Assembly (NCBI GenBank): GCA_024641505.1
Contig: JAHECY010000007.1
Location: 7,250-71,249 of the forward strand
Origin: Gammaproteobacteria bacterium
GTDB lineage: Bacteria > Pseudomonadota > Gammaproteobacteria > SG8-11
Length of the DNA stretch: 64,000 bases
Direction: 5' to 3'
Shown: positions 50,914 through 61,456 of the stretch, piece by piece
How positions within the stretch are numbered: position 1 is the first letter of the stretch
Layout of the letters: the number at the start of each line of letters is the position of its first letter
Translations under genes and position numbers: made by a program
Notes under the pieces: model-generated
Told to the model about the DNA's origin: nothing
Seen by the model: only the letters and a program-made list of their open reading frames with translations
The model's database searches: none

Positions 50914-51164
50914 CTGCTGCCTCGCACACCTGTTGGCCATCTATAAATTTGGGAAATCAAGGCCCTGGTTGGCGCCCCTTGGGATCTTAACGTTTTGTTA
51001 ACTAAAAACTTTAGCGGGAACTGTAGCCGACATAATACACGTTTTGCAATAGGCTCGGTAAGCGTTATGTGCTTCATCAGCAGCGTGAGCGCCTCATGTT
51101 GATAACACAACCTGGTCAACAGACAATCGGCAGTGACCTATGAACTCCAGTTTGCTTATCAGAC

Positions 51165-51821
51165 TTAACCGGTCGCCAGGACATCCAACAATTGTTCGAG
51201 ACGATCGATAGAGGCAATTGGTCCATGACCCTGGAGGCGATGCGGTTCATGGACACCGTACGTTACGGCAACGGCAGCGACACCGGCATTGCTCGCCATC
51301 TGCATATCATACTCGGTGTCGCCGACCATCAGTGATTCCCGGGGATAGACACCTAACTCATCCATGATTTCCTCAAGCATCAAGGGATGCGGTTTTGACC
51401 GGGTCTCGTCGGCGCAGCGGGTACAATGAAATAAACGCCCTAATCCGGTCTCCAGCAGTACCTTATCCAAACCCCGGCGCCCCTTACCGGTAGCGACCGC
51501 CAGAAAATAATCCTGCTGCGCAAGCTGTTCCAGCGTCGCGCGCGCGCCATGAAACAATTCACTGGGCGTCTGGTCCGCCGTCAGAAAATGATAACGGTAG
51601 CGATCGACGAAGGCTTCCCGGAGGATTTCCGACAATCCCGGAAATAACATCTCCGTGGATTCGCGCAGGCCCAGGCCGATGACATTGCGAAATTGCGCAT
51701 TCTCGCGCTGTTCCAATTGCAGATCCAGGGTAGCCGCACGCAGACACGAAACAATGCGCGCCTCGGAATCCATCAAGGTTCCATCCCAATCGAACACCAC
51801 AAGTTTATACATGGGATGCAT
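51165..51821 (-). CDS. HAD-superfamily hydrolase (phosphoglycolate phosphatase-like)
   Basis: Motif I VVFDWDGTLMDS, motif III K, motif IV GDTEYD. Confidence 0.7.
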   Translation of the reverse strand: MHPMYKLVVFDWDGTLMDSEARIVSCLRAATLDLQLEQRENAQFRNVIGLGLRESTEMLFPGLSEILREAFVDRYRYHFLTADQTPSELFHGARATLEQLAQQDYFLAVATGKGRRGLDKVLLETGLGRLFHCTRCADETRSKPHPLMLEEIMDELGVYPRESLMVGDTEYDMQMASNAGVAAVAVTYGVHEPHRLQGHGPIASIDRLEQLLDVLATG

Positions 51822-52800
51822 CACCAGATGTTGATTCAAGCGCCTGCAGCACACGGCGCAAATCCTCCGCCAAAGGCGCGGACATTATCAGCTTTTCACC
51901 GGAATCCGGTGCCGTAAAAACAATCTTGTGTGCATGCAGGAACAAGCGTTTCAATCCATAGTCTCGCATCAGCCGGTTAAACTGTTCGTCGCCATATTTG
52001 TCATCACCGGCAATGGGGTGCTTAATGTGAGCGGCATGGACGCGAATCTGATGAGTGCGGCCGGTGACCGCTTGGACATTGACCAGTGACGCCAGATCAT
52101 AAGCGGTCTCGGTATTGAAAATGCTTACCGACGGTTTACCCTGATCCTGGACACGCACCACCCGCTCACCGGATTTCAGGGTGTTTTTTTGCAGGGCGAC
52201 ATCAACGGCAAAGTGCCGCAGTTCACACCGGCCACGCACCAGCGCGAGATAATATTTATCCACTTTCTTGTCGCGGATCTGTTCATGCAGATTGCGCAAC
52301 GCGCTGCGTTTCTTAGCAACCAATAGACAGCCAGAGGTTTCCCGATCCAGGCGGTGAATCAGCTCCAAATCCTTTTTCTGCGGGTACAACGCACGCAGTG
52401 CTTCGATGACGCCGTACTGAACACCACTGCCACCGTGCACGGCGACACCCGTTGGCTTGTCGATCACGAGCAGACTGCCGTCCTCATAAATAACACTTTC
52501 CTTGATAATGTTTTTTATGGCGTCCGAGGGCGGAGCCTTATGCTCACCCTCGCTCACTCGCACGGGAGGAATACGCAACACATCCCCTTCCTGCAACCGG
52601 TAGCTGGGCTGCGCCCTGCCTTTATTGATCCGAACTTCGCCCTTGCGTAATATGCGATAGATGAGGGATTTCGGTACGCCTTTCAACTCCCTCGTCAAAT
52701 AATTGTCAATTCGTTGGTCCTGATCCTCGGGACCAATGGTTACGAGCCTGACTTTCGGATTTATGGGGCTTTCCAAGACTAACTCCTGAACTGAAATCAT
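51805..52800 (-). CDS. rluC: 23S rRNA pseudouridine synthase RluC (RluA family with S4 domain)
   Basis: N-terminal S4 domain and catalytic HRLDRETSG motif. Divergent from rne. Confidence 0.8.
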   Translation of the reverse strand: MISVQELVLESPINPKVRLVTIGPEDQDQRIDNYLTRELKGVPKSLIYRILRKGEVRINKGRAQPSYRLQEGDVLRIPPVRVSEGEHKAPPSDAIKNIIKESVIYEDGSLLVIDKPTGVAVHGGSGVQYGVIEALRALYPQKKDLELIHRLDRETSGCLLVAKKRSALRNLHEQIRDKKVDKYYLALVRGRCELRHFAVDVALQKNTLKSGERVVRVQDQGKPSVSIFNTETAYDLASLVNVQAVTGRTHQIRVHAAHIKHPIAGDDKYGDEQFNRLMRDYGLKRLFLHAHKIVFTAPDSGEKLIMSAPLAEDLRRVLQALESTSGDASHV

Positions 52801-53335
52801 TGGTACCTATAGGATTTAATTCCGCTTTGTCGCAACCTGACAACAATCAATGTGCGGGATGATGCATTTCGCGTACGAGTGGCATGAATATTTCATATTA
52901 TCCATAACCAGCTCAATTTCAATGATTTTTAGGGTCGATAGTCAGCCGGAATTATAAATCTGATTGCTGTGCTTTGAATTCGTTGATATATTGTATAAGT
53001 CTTTGTATCAACAATGGCATGCGGGATCGATCCCGCTTGGTACATAAGGTCAAATCGAATTTTCGCAGCGCCTGCCAACAGGCGTTGTACATTACAAGGC
53101 GGTAAGTGAATCGACAATACTTTCACTTGCCATTATTAACACTTCAACCTATTAGGGTTCCCACGCACTACAATTCCTGAGTGCGGCAGATCAAGTATGA
53201 TGATACTAAGCTTTGTCAACATAATCCTGATATTCTTCCTGAATGGAAACAGGGGATTATCTGCGGACAAAAATCATAGTTATACAAGATCCCCGCTGAC
53301 CAGATTGGCGTGGGCCCCCGTGAGAGATGGGGCCA
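52801..53335 (+). promoter_or_regulatory. rne promoter and long 5' leader (expected autoregulatory structure)
   Basis: A 535-bp non-coding gap before rne. The rne mRNA leader is structured and autoregulatory in studied Proteobacteria. No elements resolved by eye. Confidence 0.3.
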
Positions 53336-55732
53336 ATGAAAAGAATGTTATTCAACGCGACTCAACCGGAAGAGTTGCGCGTGGCCATGGTGGACGGCCA
53401 GAAACTGTACGATTTAGATATCGAATCCGCAGGCAAACAAAAGAAAAAATCCAATATCTACAAAGGCAAGATCACCCGCATTGAGCCCAGCCTGGAAGCG
53501 GCATTTGTTGATTATGGCGCCGAACGCCATGGCTTCCTCCCGTTAAAAGAAGTCGCCAAAGCCTACTTCGACCCTGCGGTCGACCTTGGTGGTGGCCGCC
53601 TCAATATCAAAGAGGCGCTCAAGGAAGGTCAGGAAATGATCATCCAGGTGGACAAGGAGGAACGGGGTAATAAGGGTGCCGCCCTCACTACCTTTATCAG
53701 TCTGGCCGGTCGCTACCTGGTGCTCATGCCCAATAACCCACGGGCGGGCGGCGTCTCACGTAAAATCCTTGGCGAAGACCGTAGCGAAACCCGCGATGTT
53801 TTGACCAGCTTGAACATGCCCCAGGGTATGGGCGTCATCGTGCGCACTGCGGGCGTCGGCAAGAGCACCGAAGAGCTGCAGTGGGATCTGGACTACCTGT
53901 TACACCTTTGGGATGCCATCGAAAAAGCTTCCGCGGACAAACCCGCCCCCTGCCTGATATATCAGGAAAGTAACATTATAATTCGGGCTATCCGTGATTA
54001 CCTGCGTAAAGACATTACGGAAATCCTGATTGACCATAAAGAAATTTACGAACAAGCCTGTGATTTTATGCGCATGGTCATGCCTCATAACTTGCATAAA
54101 ATCAAACTCTATCAGGACAATATCGCACTGTTCACGCGGTTTCAGATCGAAAGCCAAATCGAATCCGCGTTTAATCGGGAAGTACAACTGCCCTCCGGCG
54201 GGGCCATCGTCATCGACCATACCGAGGCGTTGACTTCGATCGATATCAATTCCGCGCGTGCCACCAAAGGCAGCGACATTGAAGAAACCGCACTCAACAC
54301 TAATGTGGAAGCCGCCGACGAAATTGCCCGTCAATTACGTCTGCGCGACCTGGGCGGTCTGATCGTCATCGATTTTATCGATATGGTGTCGACCAAGAAC
54401 CAACGGGAAGTTGAAAATCAACTGCGCGAAGCGTTGAAAATGGACCGGGCTCGGGTACAAATCGGGCGCATTTCCCGTTTCGGACTCCTGGAAATGTCTC
54501 GGCAGCGCCTGCGGCCATCATTAGGGGAAGCCAGCCAGGTAGTTTGTCCACGTTGTAAAGGCCAGGGACATATTCGTCATACCAATTCTTTGGCACTCTC
54601 GATCCTGCGTTTAATGGAAGAGGAAGCGCTGAAAGAAAATACCGGTCGGGTATTGGTGCAGTTACCTTTGTCGGTCGCCACCTTCCTCCTCAATGAGAAA
54701 CGTAAGGTAATCGCGGATATCGAAGCGCGTCAGCAAGTCGAAATGCTGATCGTGCCTAACCCCTCTTATGAAACACCGCATTTTACCGTGCAACGTATTC
54801 GTGCCAGTGAAATGTCCGAACAAGCCGGTGTCGCCAGTTTTGATCTGGTCACCACACCGGAAGATTCACAGGAAATCGACGTGGATATGGTGCGCGTGGC
54901 ACCTGCCGAAGAACCGGTGCTCAAGAATATTGCGCCACCAATGCCGGCACCTCCGCCTGCACCACCAAAGGCGGAACCTCAGAAACCAGGTCTGTTTATA
55001 CGTATCTTCCAGGCATTGTTTGGCAGTGGCAGTCCCGAGCACACGAGCGCCACCAGCCGCAATCGAAACAAACAATCGCCGCCGCGCGGTGGGCGTAGTG
55101 AGGCGCCGCGTACGTCAAAAAGCAGCAGGCCTCCCCAGACGGCAGCGGCAGCGCAACCAACTCAACCATCACAACAGCAACCCACAGGTCGCGGGGGCAA
55201 ACAACGGGGTGGCCGTCGTCGTGGTGGTGGTTCCCGGGGCGGACCCCGTACCGGTGGAGCACCGGGAGGGACCGGACCGGATCAGGGCCGCACCGATCAA
55301 GGGGGACGCTCGGGTCAGGGCAATCGCGGTGATCTGCAAGGCACGGGAAACTCGCAACCATCCCAACGGGGAAGCGGCAACCGGGAACAAAACAGCGATC
55401 GCAACAGCCAGCGCGGTGGTGAACAGAATCCTCAGGGCCAGAGAACGACCGGTTCCGAAGGCAGGGGTAACCGGGATCGTGACCGCAACCATGGTCCACG
55501 ACCAAGCTCCAGAGGTGGTGCGCCGGGGGATGCACCGTCACAGGGTCCACAGAGCCATGACAGCGCCTCCTCCCCGCAGCCTCCTCGTGAGGACGGGTCG
55601 GACAACCGACCACGGGATGTGGCGACGCCTCCACAGCAACAGAACGACACGCGGGTCAGTGATAATTCGCAGTCCGAAAAGCCTCAGGAAGCAAAAATCG
55701 CCGTATCTGTGGACTCATCATCACAAGATTGA
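53336..55732 (+). CDS. rne: Ribonuclease E with an RGG/Pro-rich disordered C-terminal scaffold
   Basis: N-terminal S1 / 5'-sensor / DNase-I-like catalytic region ([17 protein letters not shown]..., Zn-link CPRCKGQG). The C-terminus is low-complexity and Arg/Gly/Gln-rich. Confidence 0.85.
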   Translation: MKRMLFNATQPEELRVAMVDGQKLYDLDIESAGKQKKKSNIYKGKITRIEPSLEAAFVDYGAERHGFLPLKEVAKAYFDPAVDLGGGRLNIKEALKEGQEMIIQVDKEERGNKGAALTTFISLAGRYLVLMPNNPRAGGVSRKILGEDRSETRDVLTSLNMPQGMGVIVRTAGVGKSTEELQWDLDYLLHLWDAIEKASADKPAPCLIYQESNIIIRAIRDYLRKDITEILIDHKEIYEQACDFMRMVMPHNLHKIKLYQDNIALFTRFQIESQIESAFNREVQLPSGGAIVIDHTEALTSIDINSARATKGSDIEETALNTNVEAADEIARQLRLRDLGGLIVIDFIDMVSTKNQREVENQLREALKMDRARVQIGRISRFGLLEMSRQRLRPSLGEASQVVCPRCKGQGHIRHTNSLALSILRLMEEEALKENTGRVLVQLPLSVATFLLNEKRKVIADIEARQQVEMLIVPNPSYETPHFTVQRIRASEMSEQAGVASFDLVTTPEDSQEIDVDMVRVAPAEEPVLKNIAPPMPAPPPAPPKAEPQKPGLFIRIFQALFGSGSPEHTSATSRNRNKQSPPRGGRSEAPRTSKSSRPPQTAAAAQPTQPSQQQPTGRGGKQRGGRRRGGGSRGGPRTGGAPGGTGPDQGRTDQGGRSGQGNRGDLQGTGNSQPSQRGSGNREQNSDRNSQRGGEQNPQGQRTTGSEGRGNRDRDRNHGPRPSSRGGAPGDAPSQGPQSHDSASSPQPPREDGSDNRPRDVATPPQQQNDTRVSDNSQSEKPQEAKIAVSVDSSSQD

Positions 55733-55788
55733 AAACGAATCATGATCCGACAGTAACGACACCCACGCGGGTCGTTACTGTCGGTCAA

Positions 55789-56283
55789 TCACTTTACCCG
55801 GTTGGTTAAATGGGTTGTGACGATATGGGCGAGCAAACCACGCGCTGCTTCCTCTACCAGATCGAAGACCTGATCAAAACCATTGGGACCACCATAGTAG
55901 GGATCGGGCACATCGCTCACCCGTAGATCCGGAGCAAAGGAAAGAAACATACGCAGCCTGTCTTTATGTGTAACCGGACATATGACCGCTAAATCATCAT
56001 AATTCTGTCGGTCCATCGCCAACACATAATCGAATTTCTCAAAGTCCGATACGCTAACACGTCGTGCCCGTTGCCCACCGAGATCGATACCCCGGCGCAG
56101 CGCACATGCCTGGGACCGACCGTCCGGCGGCTCACCAACATGATAGGCATGCGTACCCGCTGAATCGGCGGCGACCAGATGCGCCAATTGTGCGGCGCAG
56201 ACTTGATGCTCGAATACGCCTTGGGCTGTTGGGGAACGGCAGATATTTCCCATGCAACAGAAAAGGACATTTACCTTAGTCAT
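55789..56283 (-). CDS. Low-molecular-weight protein-tyrosine phosphatase
   Basis: P-loop CMGNICRS and a DP motif near the C-terminus. Confidence 0.8.
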   Translation of the reverse strand: MTKVNVLFCCMGNICRSPTAQGVFEHQVCAAQLAHLVAADSAGTHAYHVGEPPDGRSQACALRRGIDLGGQRARRVSVSDFEKFDYVLAMDRQNYDDLAVICPVTHKDRLRMFLSFAPDLRVSDVPDPYYGGPNGFDQVFDLVEEAARGLLAHIVTTHLTNRVK

Positions 56284-56413
56284 GACGCCCTCATAGCTTT
56301 AGCCAGTGCGATCTATGGTAGCGTGAAAGCCAATACCTGAGAAAACTTTTTCCTCATGGTAGTTTTTTTCAGCTCATGGTTCTTACCGGGCTCATTGTTC
56401 GTATAATGGTGTC

Positions 56414-59125
56414 ATGCTCAACGACGCGCCAGCCACCCAGCTCTCATGGCATGCTCTCAGCTGTAATGCCGTTTTTACCGCATTGGAGTCTACTGCTGAG
56501 GGACTCAGTCAATCGGCTATCGACAGCCGCCAACGTCGCTTCGGGTTAAATTGTTTACGACCGCCCCATAAACGTGGCGCTATCGCGCGTTTTATCAGTC
56601 AATTCAACAATATTTTAATTTATGTATTACTTGCCGCCAGTCTCTTAACGGCGTTTCTGCAACATTGGGTGGACACCGGCGTGATCATCGCGGTGGTCGT
56701 TCTCAATGCGTTGATTGGTTTTATTCAGGAAGGAAAAGCAGAACAAGCCTTGGAGGCAATTCGTGAACTGCTGTCACATACGGCATCCGTCAAGCGCGAT
56801 GCCAGAACCTATGTACTACCGACGGAACAATTGGTGCCCGGTGACGTAGTGTTACTCAAATCCGGCGACAAGGTGCCAGCCGACATGCGCCTGTTTCATA
56901 CCAAGGATTTACGCATTGACGAAGCGATGCTCACGGGTGAATCCGCGCCGGTGGAAAAAGATGTTGCCGCTGTTGATGCCGATGCTGATCTTGGAGATCG
57001 CATTTGTATGGCCTATTCCGGCACACTTGTCAGTTATGGTCAAGGTAGCGGCGTGGTGGTCAGCACCGGTGACAACACCGAACTGGGACGCATCAGCGCC
57101 CTCCTGGATCACGTACAAATGCTGGAAACCCCCTTGTTACGGCAAATGGCGGTGTTCGGCACCTGGCTAACCGCCAGCATCGTCGTTATCGCGGGCATGA
57201 CTTTTATCTTTGGCGTAACCATTCGTCATTATTCGGCGCCTGAGATGTTTCTGGCAGCGGTGGGCTTGGCGGTAGCGGCAATCCCCGAAGGCTTGCCCGC
57301 CATTATGACGATCACGCTGGCGATCGGCGTGCAACGCATGGCGCACCGCAACGCTATCATACGGCGCCTGCCGGCGGTGGAAACTCTGGGCGAGATCAGC
57401 GTCGTTTGTTCCGACAAAACCGGCACTTTGACGCGTAATGAAATGACCGTGCAATCTGTTGCCACAGGCACAGGCTTGTTTTCAATATCCGGCACCGGAT
57501 ACGATCCTCATGGCAGCTTTCTATTCGAAGGCCAGGAAGTACAGCCTGATGATTATCCAATACTCCTGGAAATCTGCCGCGCCGCGACCCTGTGTAACGA
57601 TGCCGAACTGGAAAACTCGGGAGATCAATGGCGCTTGCACGGCGAACCCACGGAAGGCGCATTGATAACGCTGGGACTGAAAGCGGGCCTGGACTTGAAT
57701 ATGCAACGTCAGGAATGGCCGCGCACCGATACTATCCCCTTTGAATCGGTGCATAGATTCATGGCCACTTCACATCATGATCATGCCGGTCATGGTTTCG
57801 TCTACGTCAAGGGCGCACCGGAGCGCATACTCGAAATGTGTAACACCCAGCGGCTGCGCGGCACGGATGTAACACTCGATCACTATTATTGGCAACAACA
57901 GATGGAAGCCTTGGGACACATGGGGCAACGCCTGCTGGCCATCGCCTGCAAGCCCCTCCATGATCCCTCGCGAGAATTGACTTTTAAAGGTAGCGCTGCC
58001 GAGCTGACTTTATTGGGAATTGTCGGCATCATGGACCCGCCGCGGGAAGAGGCCATTACCGCCATAGGCCAATGCCGATCCGCAGGCATCAAAGTAAAAA
58101 TGATCACCGGTGATCATGCCACCACCGCCCGGTCGATCGCCGGGCAGTTGGGCATAGGTGACCATGCGCGCGTGCTGACGGGGCATGAGCTTGACAAACT
58201 GGATGCGCGCGCATTGTCCCTGATTATCGACGACGTTAATGTTTTCGCCCGCACCACGCCGGAACACAAATTGCGCCTGGTAGAGGCGCTGCAAGCCGGT
58301 GGCCATGTAGTCGCCATGACCGGTGACGGTGTTAACGATGCGCCGGCCTTGAAGCGGGCGGACGTGGGTGTGGCCATGGGTATAAAAGGTACGGAAGTTT
58401 CCAAAGAAGCCTCGGAAATGATTCTTGCCGATGACAATTTTTCCTCCATCGTCAGTGCCGTGGAGGAAGGACGCACCGTATACGACAATCTGAAAAAAGC
58501 TATTCTCTTCATTCTGCCGACGAACGGCGGTGAGGCTTTTATGCTGATTACGGCGATTTTAATGGGGCGTGCCTTACCAATAACACCGGTACAGATTCTC
58601 TGGGTGAATATGATTACTGCGGTCACCCTGGCGCTTACTCTGGCCTTCGAGCCTTCGGAAGGTGATGTCATGCGCCGCCCGCCCAGGAATCCCAAGGCGG
58701 CCATCCTCGCGCCACTGCTGATATGGCGTATCGTTTTTGTGACCACCATCATCGTGTTCGGTAGTTTCGGCTTGTTTGTCTGGTATCGTGAACAGGGTGC
58801 CGATATTAACCATGCGCGTACCGTTGCGGTAAATACTCTGGTATTGTTTGAAATTTTCTATTTGTTCAACACCCGCTATATTCTTGATCCCGTATTTAAT
58901 CACCACGGTTTTATGGGTAATCGTTATCTGCACATCGCCATTGCTATCCTGATATTTTTTCAGCTGATATTCACCTATTTTGCACCGGCACAGACCTTGT
59001 TCGGCACTGCCGCGTTGGACATGAAAACCTGGTTGTTGATGCTGTTGGTCGCCTCCAGTGTGCTGTTCGCGGTAGAATTCGAAAAACTAATTATTAGGAA
59101 ATTCCAAATCGCCAAACCCGGCTAA
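56414..59125 (+). CDS. Cation-transporting P-type ATPase (type II, Ca2+/Mg2+-like)
   Basis: DKTGTLT, TGES, PEGLP, MTGDGVNDAPAL motifs. 10 transmembrane helices. 903 aa. Confidence 0.85.
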   Translation: MLNDAPATQLSWHALSCNAVFTALESTAEGLSQSAIDSRQRRFGLNCLRPPHKRGAIARFISQFNNILIYVLLAASLLTAFLQHWVDTGVIIAVVVLNALIGFIQEGKAEQALEAIRELLSHTASVKRDARTYVLPTEQLVPGDVVLLKSGDKVPADMRLFHTKDLRIDEAMLTGESAPVEKDVAAVDADADLGDRICMAYSGTLVSYGQGSGVVVSTGDNTELGRISALLDHVQMLETPLLRQMAVFGTWLTASIVVIAGMTFIFGVTIRHYSAPEMFLAAVGLAVAAIPEGLPAIMTITLAIGVQRMAHRNAIIRRLPAVETLGEISVVCSDKTGTLTRNEMTVQSVATGTGLFSISGTGYDPHGSFLFEGQEVQPDDYPILLEICRAATLCNDAELENSGDQWRLHGEPTEGALITLGLKAGLDLNMQRQEWPRTDTIPFESVHRFMATSHHDHAGHGFVYVKGAPERILEMCNTQRLRGTDVTLDHYYWQQQMEALGHMGQRLLAIACKPLHDPSRELTFKGSAAELTLLGIVGIMDPPREEAITAIGQCRSAGIKVKMITGDHATTARSIAGQLGIGDHARVLTGHELDKLDARALSLIIDDVNVFARTTPEHKLRLVEALQAGGHVVAMTGDGVNDAPALKRADVGVAMGIKGTEVSKEASEMILADDNFSSIVSAVEEGRTVYDNLKKAILFILPTNGGEAFMLITAILMGRALPITPVQILWVNMITAVTLALTLAFEPSEGDVMRRPPRNPKAAILAPLLIWRIVFVTTIIVFGSFGLFVWYREQGADINHARTVAVNTLVLFEIFYLFNTRYILDPVFNHHGFMGNRYLHIAIAILIFFQLIFTYFAPAQTLFGTAALDMKTWLLMLLVASSVLFAVEFEKLIIRKFQIAKPG

Positions 59126-59256
59126 GGCCCTGGCACCGCGATCGGCGCCAGAGCTGAGATGTACCCCACTTCCAAAAAGGACTCCGAAAAGTGGCAACCA
59201 CGGCAGCGATAATAGCAGTTGCGTGATACCGGGTTGCCAGGCTTAACAGACAGGCA

Positions 59257-59568
59257 CTATGCCTTAATTTCCTTTAGATAGGCGCAATCCTCGGATTCGA
59301 TAAACGCATCGATACCTTCTTCTTCAATTGCCTGGAATGCGGCATCCACCGCCAAGCGCGGGCTGGTAAAATAATCCGTCCAATGAGATCGCAGCCCCTT
59401 CCCACTATCTACGACCAGTTGCCAACCACCAATATATTCATCTCCGCTCAGTTCTGAAAGATCGTGTTCATAGGTAATATTGATATAAACGGTCTTGGCG
59501 TTCTGAGTGAATTCCAGGTATACGCCATCTTCATGATTTGCAACGGTATCGTTCATGATAATCTCCAT
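59257..59568 (-). CDS. Hypothetical acidic protein
   Basis: 103-aa ORF with no recognisable family. Confidence 0.3.
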   Translation of the reverse strand: MEIIMNDTVANHEDGVYLEFTQNAKTVYINITYEHDLSELSGDEYIGGWQLVVDSGKGLRSHWTDYFTSPRLAVDAAFQAIEEEGIDAFIESEDCAYLKEIKA

Positions 59569-59669
59569 CCGTGGTGAGTAATATTATCGTTAATCCGGAA
59601 ACTGGCGCGGGGCACATCTGCCCGCACCGTCCTTGTATCCGGAGCGGTAGCGCTCAAGCATATGCTACG

Positions 59670-59999
59670 CTATTTTTTCGGCAACGTACGCACAAAAGCG
59701 TAGCCGGTCTCAATCCATTTTATCAGATCGGTATCCGAGGAAAAACCGGGCGCCGCAACATAAATAAACCCTTTCAATGGTTTACCGGTGAAATCCATTT
59801 TTCTGGCGTAAGGTAAATTGAGCACATACTCGTATTGCTCCGGGCCGACACGCACCATCAATTCTTCTCTGACCACACCCACGCACATATTACCGTAAAC
59901 CATGAATGCCAAACCGCCAAACATCTTACGCTCAACAACGCCAGCGATATCCTGCATGGCTTCGCGTACTCTCTGGGCTACTCCCGCATCATATGCCAT
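59670..59999 (-). CDS. TfoX N-terminal domain protein
   Basis: RKMFGGLAFMVYGNMCVGV... pattern of the TfoX_N family. Start at the internal Met (the ORF extends to 60146). Confidence 0.55.
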   Translation of the reverse strand: MAYDAGVAQRVREAMQDIAGVVERKMFGGLAFMVYGNMCVGVVREELMVRVGPEQYEYVLNLPYARKMDFTGKPLKGFIYVAAPGFSSDTDLIKWIETGYAFVRTLPKK

Positions 60000-60211
60000 C
60001 ACGCCTCCCGAATTTCCATATATTCTTCGGACATTCCACATCCTGGGTAAAAGCGTCCATTTTACCCCCAGTCGGCCATACATTGTATGCAACGAAATAA
60101 GCATCCCAGCGACTGCGTGACGCCTCCAAAAAAAGAACCGCTGCAACTGAATCAGATCACCTGCGCCAGCTCAGCGGTAAACAGTTGGAGGAAAGAATTA
60201 ATCCCGATGAT

Positions 60212-61456
60212 TTACGCAGTCTCTAGCAATAGAGACTTTACGTCACTCCAGGATGTAATATTCTTGCGCGCGAGCCGATGTACCCGTTGATGCGCGGCCA
60301 CAGCGGGCTGCCGCGTGTGCTGTATACGCTGCGCATACTGCATGGCACGCGCGTAGTTTTTCTCAATATGCTCGTAATATTTCGCCAGATTCTCCAGACT
60401 CACATCGCAGGATTTTTGTTCCGCCAGGTGCTGCCAGATGGCAATCGCCTCCGGCCATTGTTGTTTCTGCTTGAAAAGTCGTGCCAAATCCAGAAAACCT
60501 TCGTGATCCAACGTATCGCGTGATTCGGAAAGTTTTTCCAGTGCCAGATCTTCCTGCTGATCTTTTACATAGTGGCGCGCGATGGCACGGGTATTGGCAC
60601 CGAATTGGGTAGGATCCTGGAACACCGCCTGCAATCTTACCAGTAACGCCAATAACGACAACACATCCCAATAATGGTGTTGCAACAATGCGCGCAAACG
60701 GCTGCTGTCACCAAAACGTATGAATTCCTGCCATACTCGCGGCGCCTCGGACCCGGGCAAATCATCGAGACGATTAAAAGCCAGTAACTTACGTTCCGCA
60801 CTTTTCAACGAACAGTCCCGCCAGCGCAATGCATAGGCACGCCGAGTATGGTGTAACAGATCGATATGTCGTGAAAACTCCATGGGGTCCAGACGCAACA
60901 ACCGTTGACGGGATTCCATCAGCGGCATATCGAAAGATTTACCGTTAAAACTCACCAGCACACTGTCATCAGCAAGCCAGGCGCACGCATGCTGATACAA
61001 CGCAGCCTCTCCGGCGTAGCCCGTCAGCAGATATTGACGTAACACAAATTCACTGTCGATGATCCGCGCAATTCCCAGCAAGAAAACCACCGTGCCGCTG
61101 CCTCCCGATAACCCATTGGTTTCAGTATCAAGAAAAACAAGCTGTTCAACGGGTGTAGTTGCCAATGATTTTGAGAACAACGATAAATCAATCTCATTAA
61201 CACCCTGGAGCGAAACATCACCATGGCGACGGGTCAACGGCACACGCTTCTCAATCAAAAGGCAATGATCGCCCAGCCACTCCCCGCCTAAAAATTGATC
61301 AAGGCCGTCATGGCGCACCATCGGCATGGACATCAAACGTGCGCGTTGCGCAATGCGTTGAATGCGTTGCCGCAAACCAGCCGCATCGGCAGTCGGTCGA
61401 ATTTCCATATTTACCTTGCCATGCAAGGCATACAAGCGAGTCTTAATTGATGACAT
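60212..61456 (-). CDS. DEDD-type exonuclease with a C-terminal TPR-like region (MrfB/YprB-like)
   Basis: RNase-H-like exonuclease motif FLDTETNGLSGG and a helical repeat C-terminus. Overlaps the upstream helicase gene. Confidence 0.55.
   Translation of the reverse strand: MSSIKTRLYALHGKVNMEIRPTADAAGLRQRIQRIAQRARLMSMPMVRHDGLDQFLGGEWLGDHCLLIEKRVPLTRRHGDVSLQGVNEIDLSLFSKSLATTPVEQLVFLDTETNGLSGGSGTVVFLLGIARIIDSEFVLRQYLLTGYAGEAALYQHACAWLADDSVLVSFNGKSFDMPLMESRQRLLRLDPMEFSRHIDLLHHTRRAYALRWRDCSLKSAERKLLAFNRLDDLPGSEAPRVWQEFIRFGDSSRLRALLQHHYWDVLSLLALLVRLQAVFQDPTQFGANTRAIARHYVKDQQEDLALEKLSESRDTLDHEGFLDLARLFKQKQQWPEAIAIWQHLAEQKSCDVSLENLAKYYEHIEKNYARAMQYAQRIQHTRQPAVAAHQRVHRLARKNITSWSDVKSLLLETA

Noticed and set aside
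54768-55745. 325-aa (+) and 212-aa (-) ORFs overlapping the 3' part of rne
   Set aside because: They are alternative-frame readings of the RGG/Pro-rich low-complexity RNase E tail. Their composition is Arg/Pro/His-rich nonsense.
57167-58933. Multiple antisense ORFs (up to 212 aa) within the P-type ATPase gene
   Set aside because: The sense strand carries the full set of P-type ATPase motifs. The antisense ORFs have no features.
59569-59669. Short palindromes (AGCATATGCT; GCGGGGCA..TGCCCGC) between the hypothetical gene and the TfoX gene
   Set aside because: They are too short or imperfect and there is no T-tract. They were not convincing as a terminator or operator.
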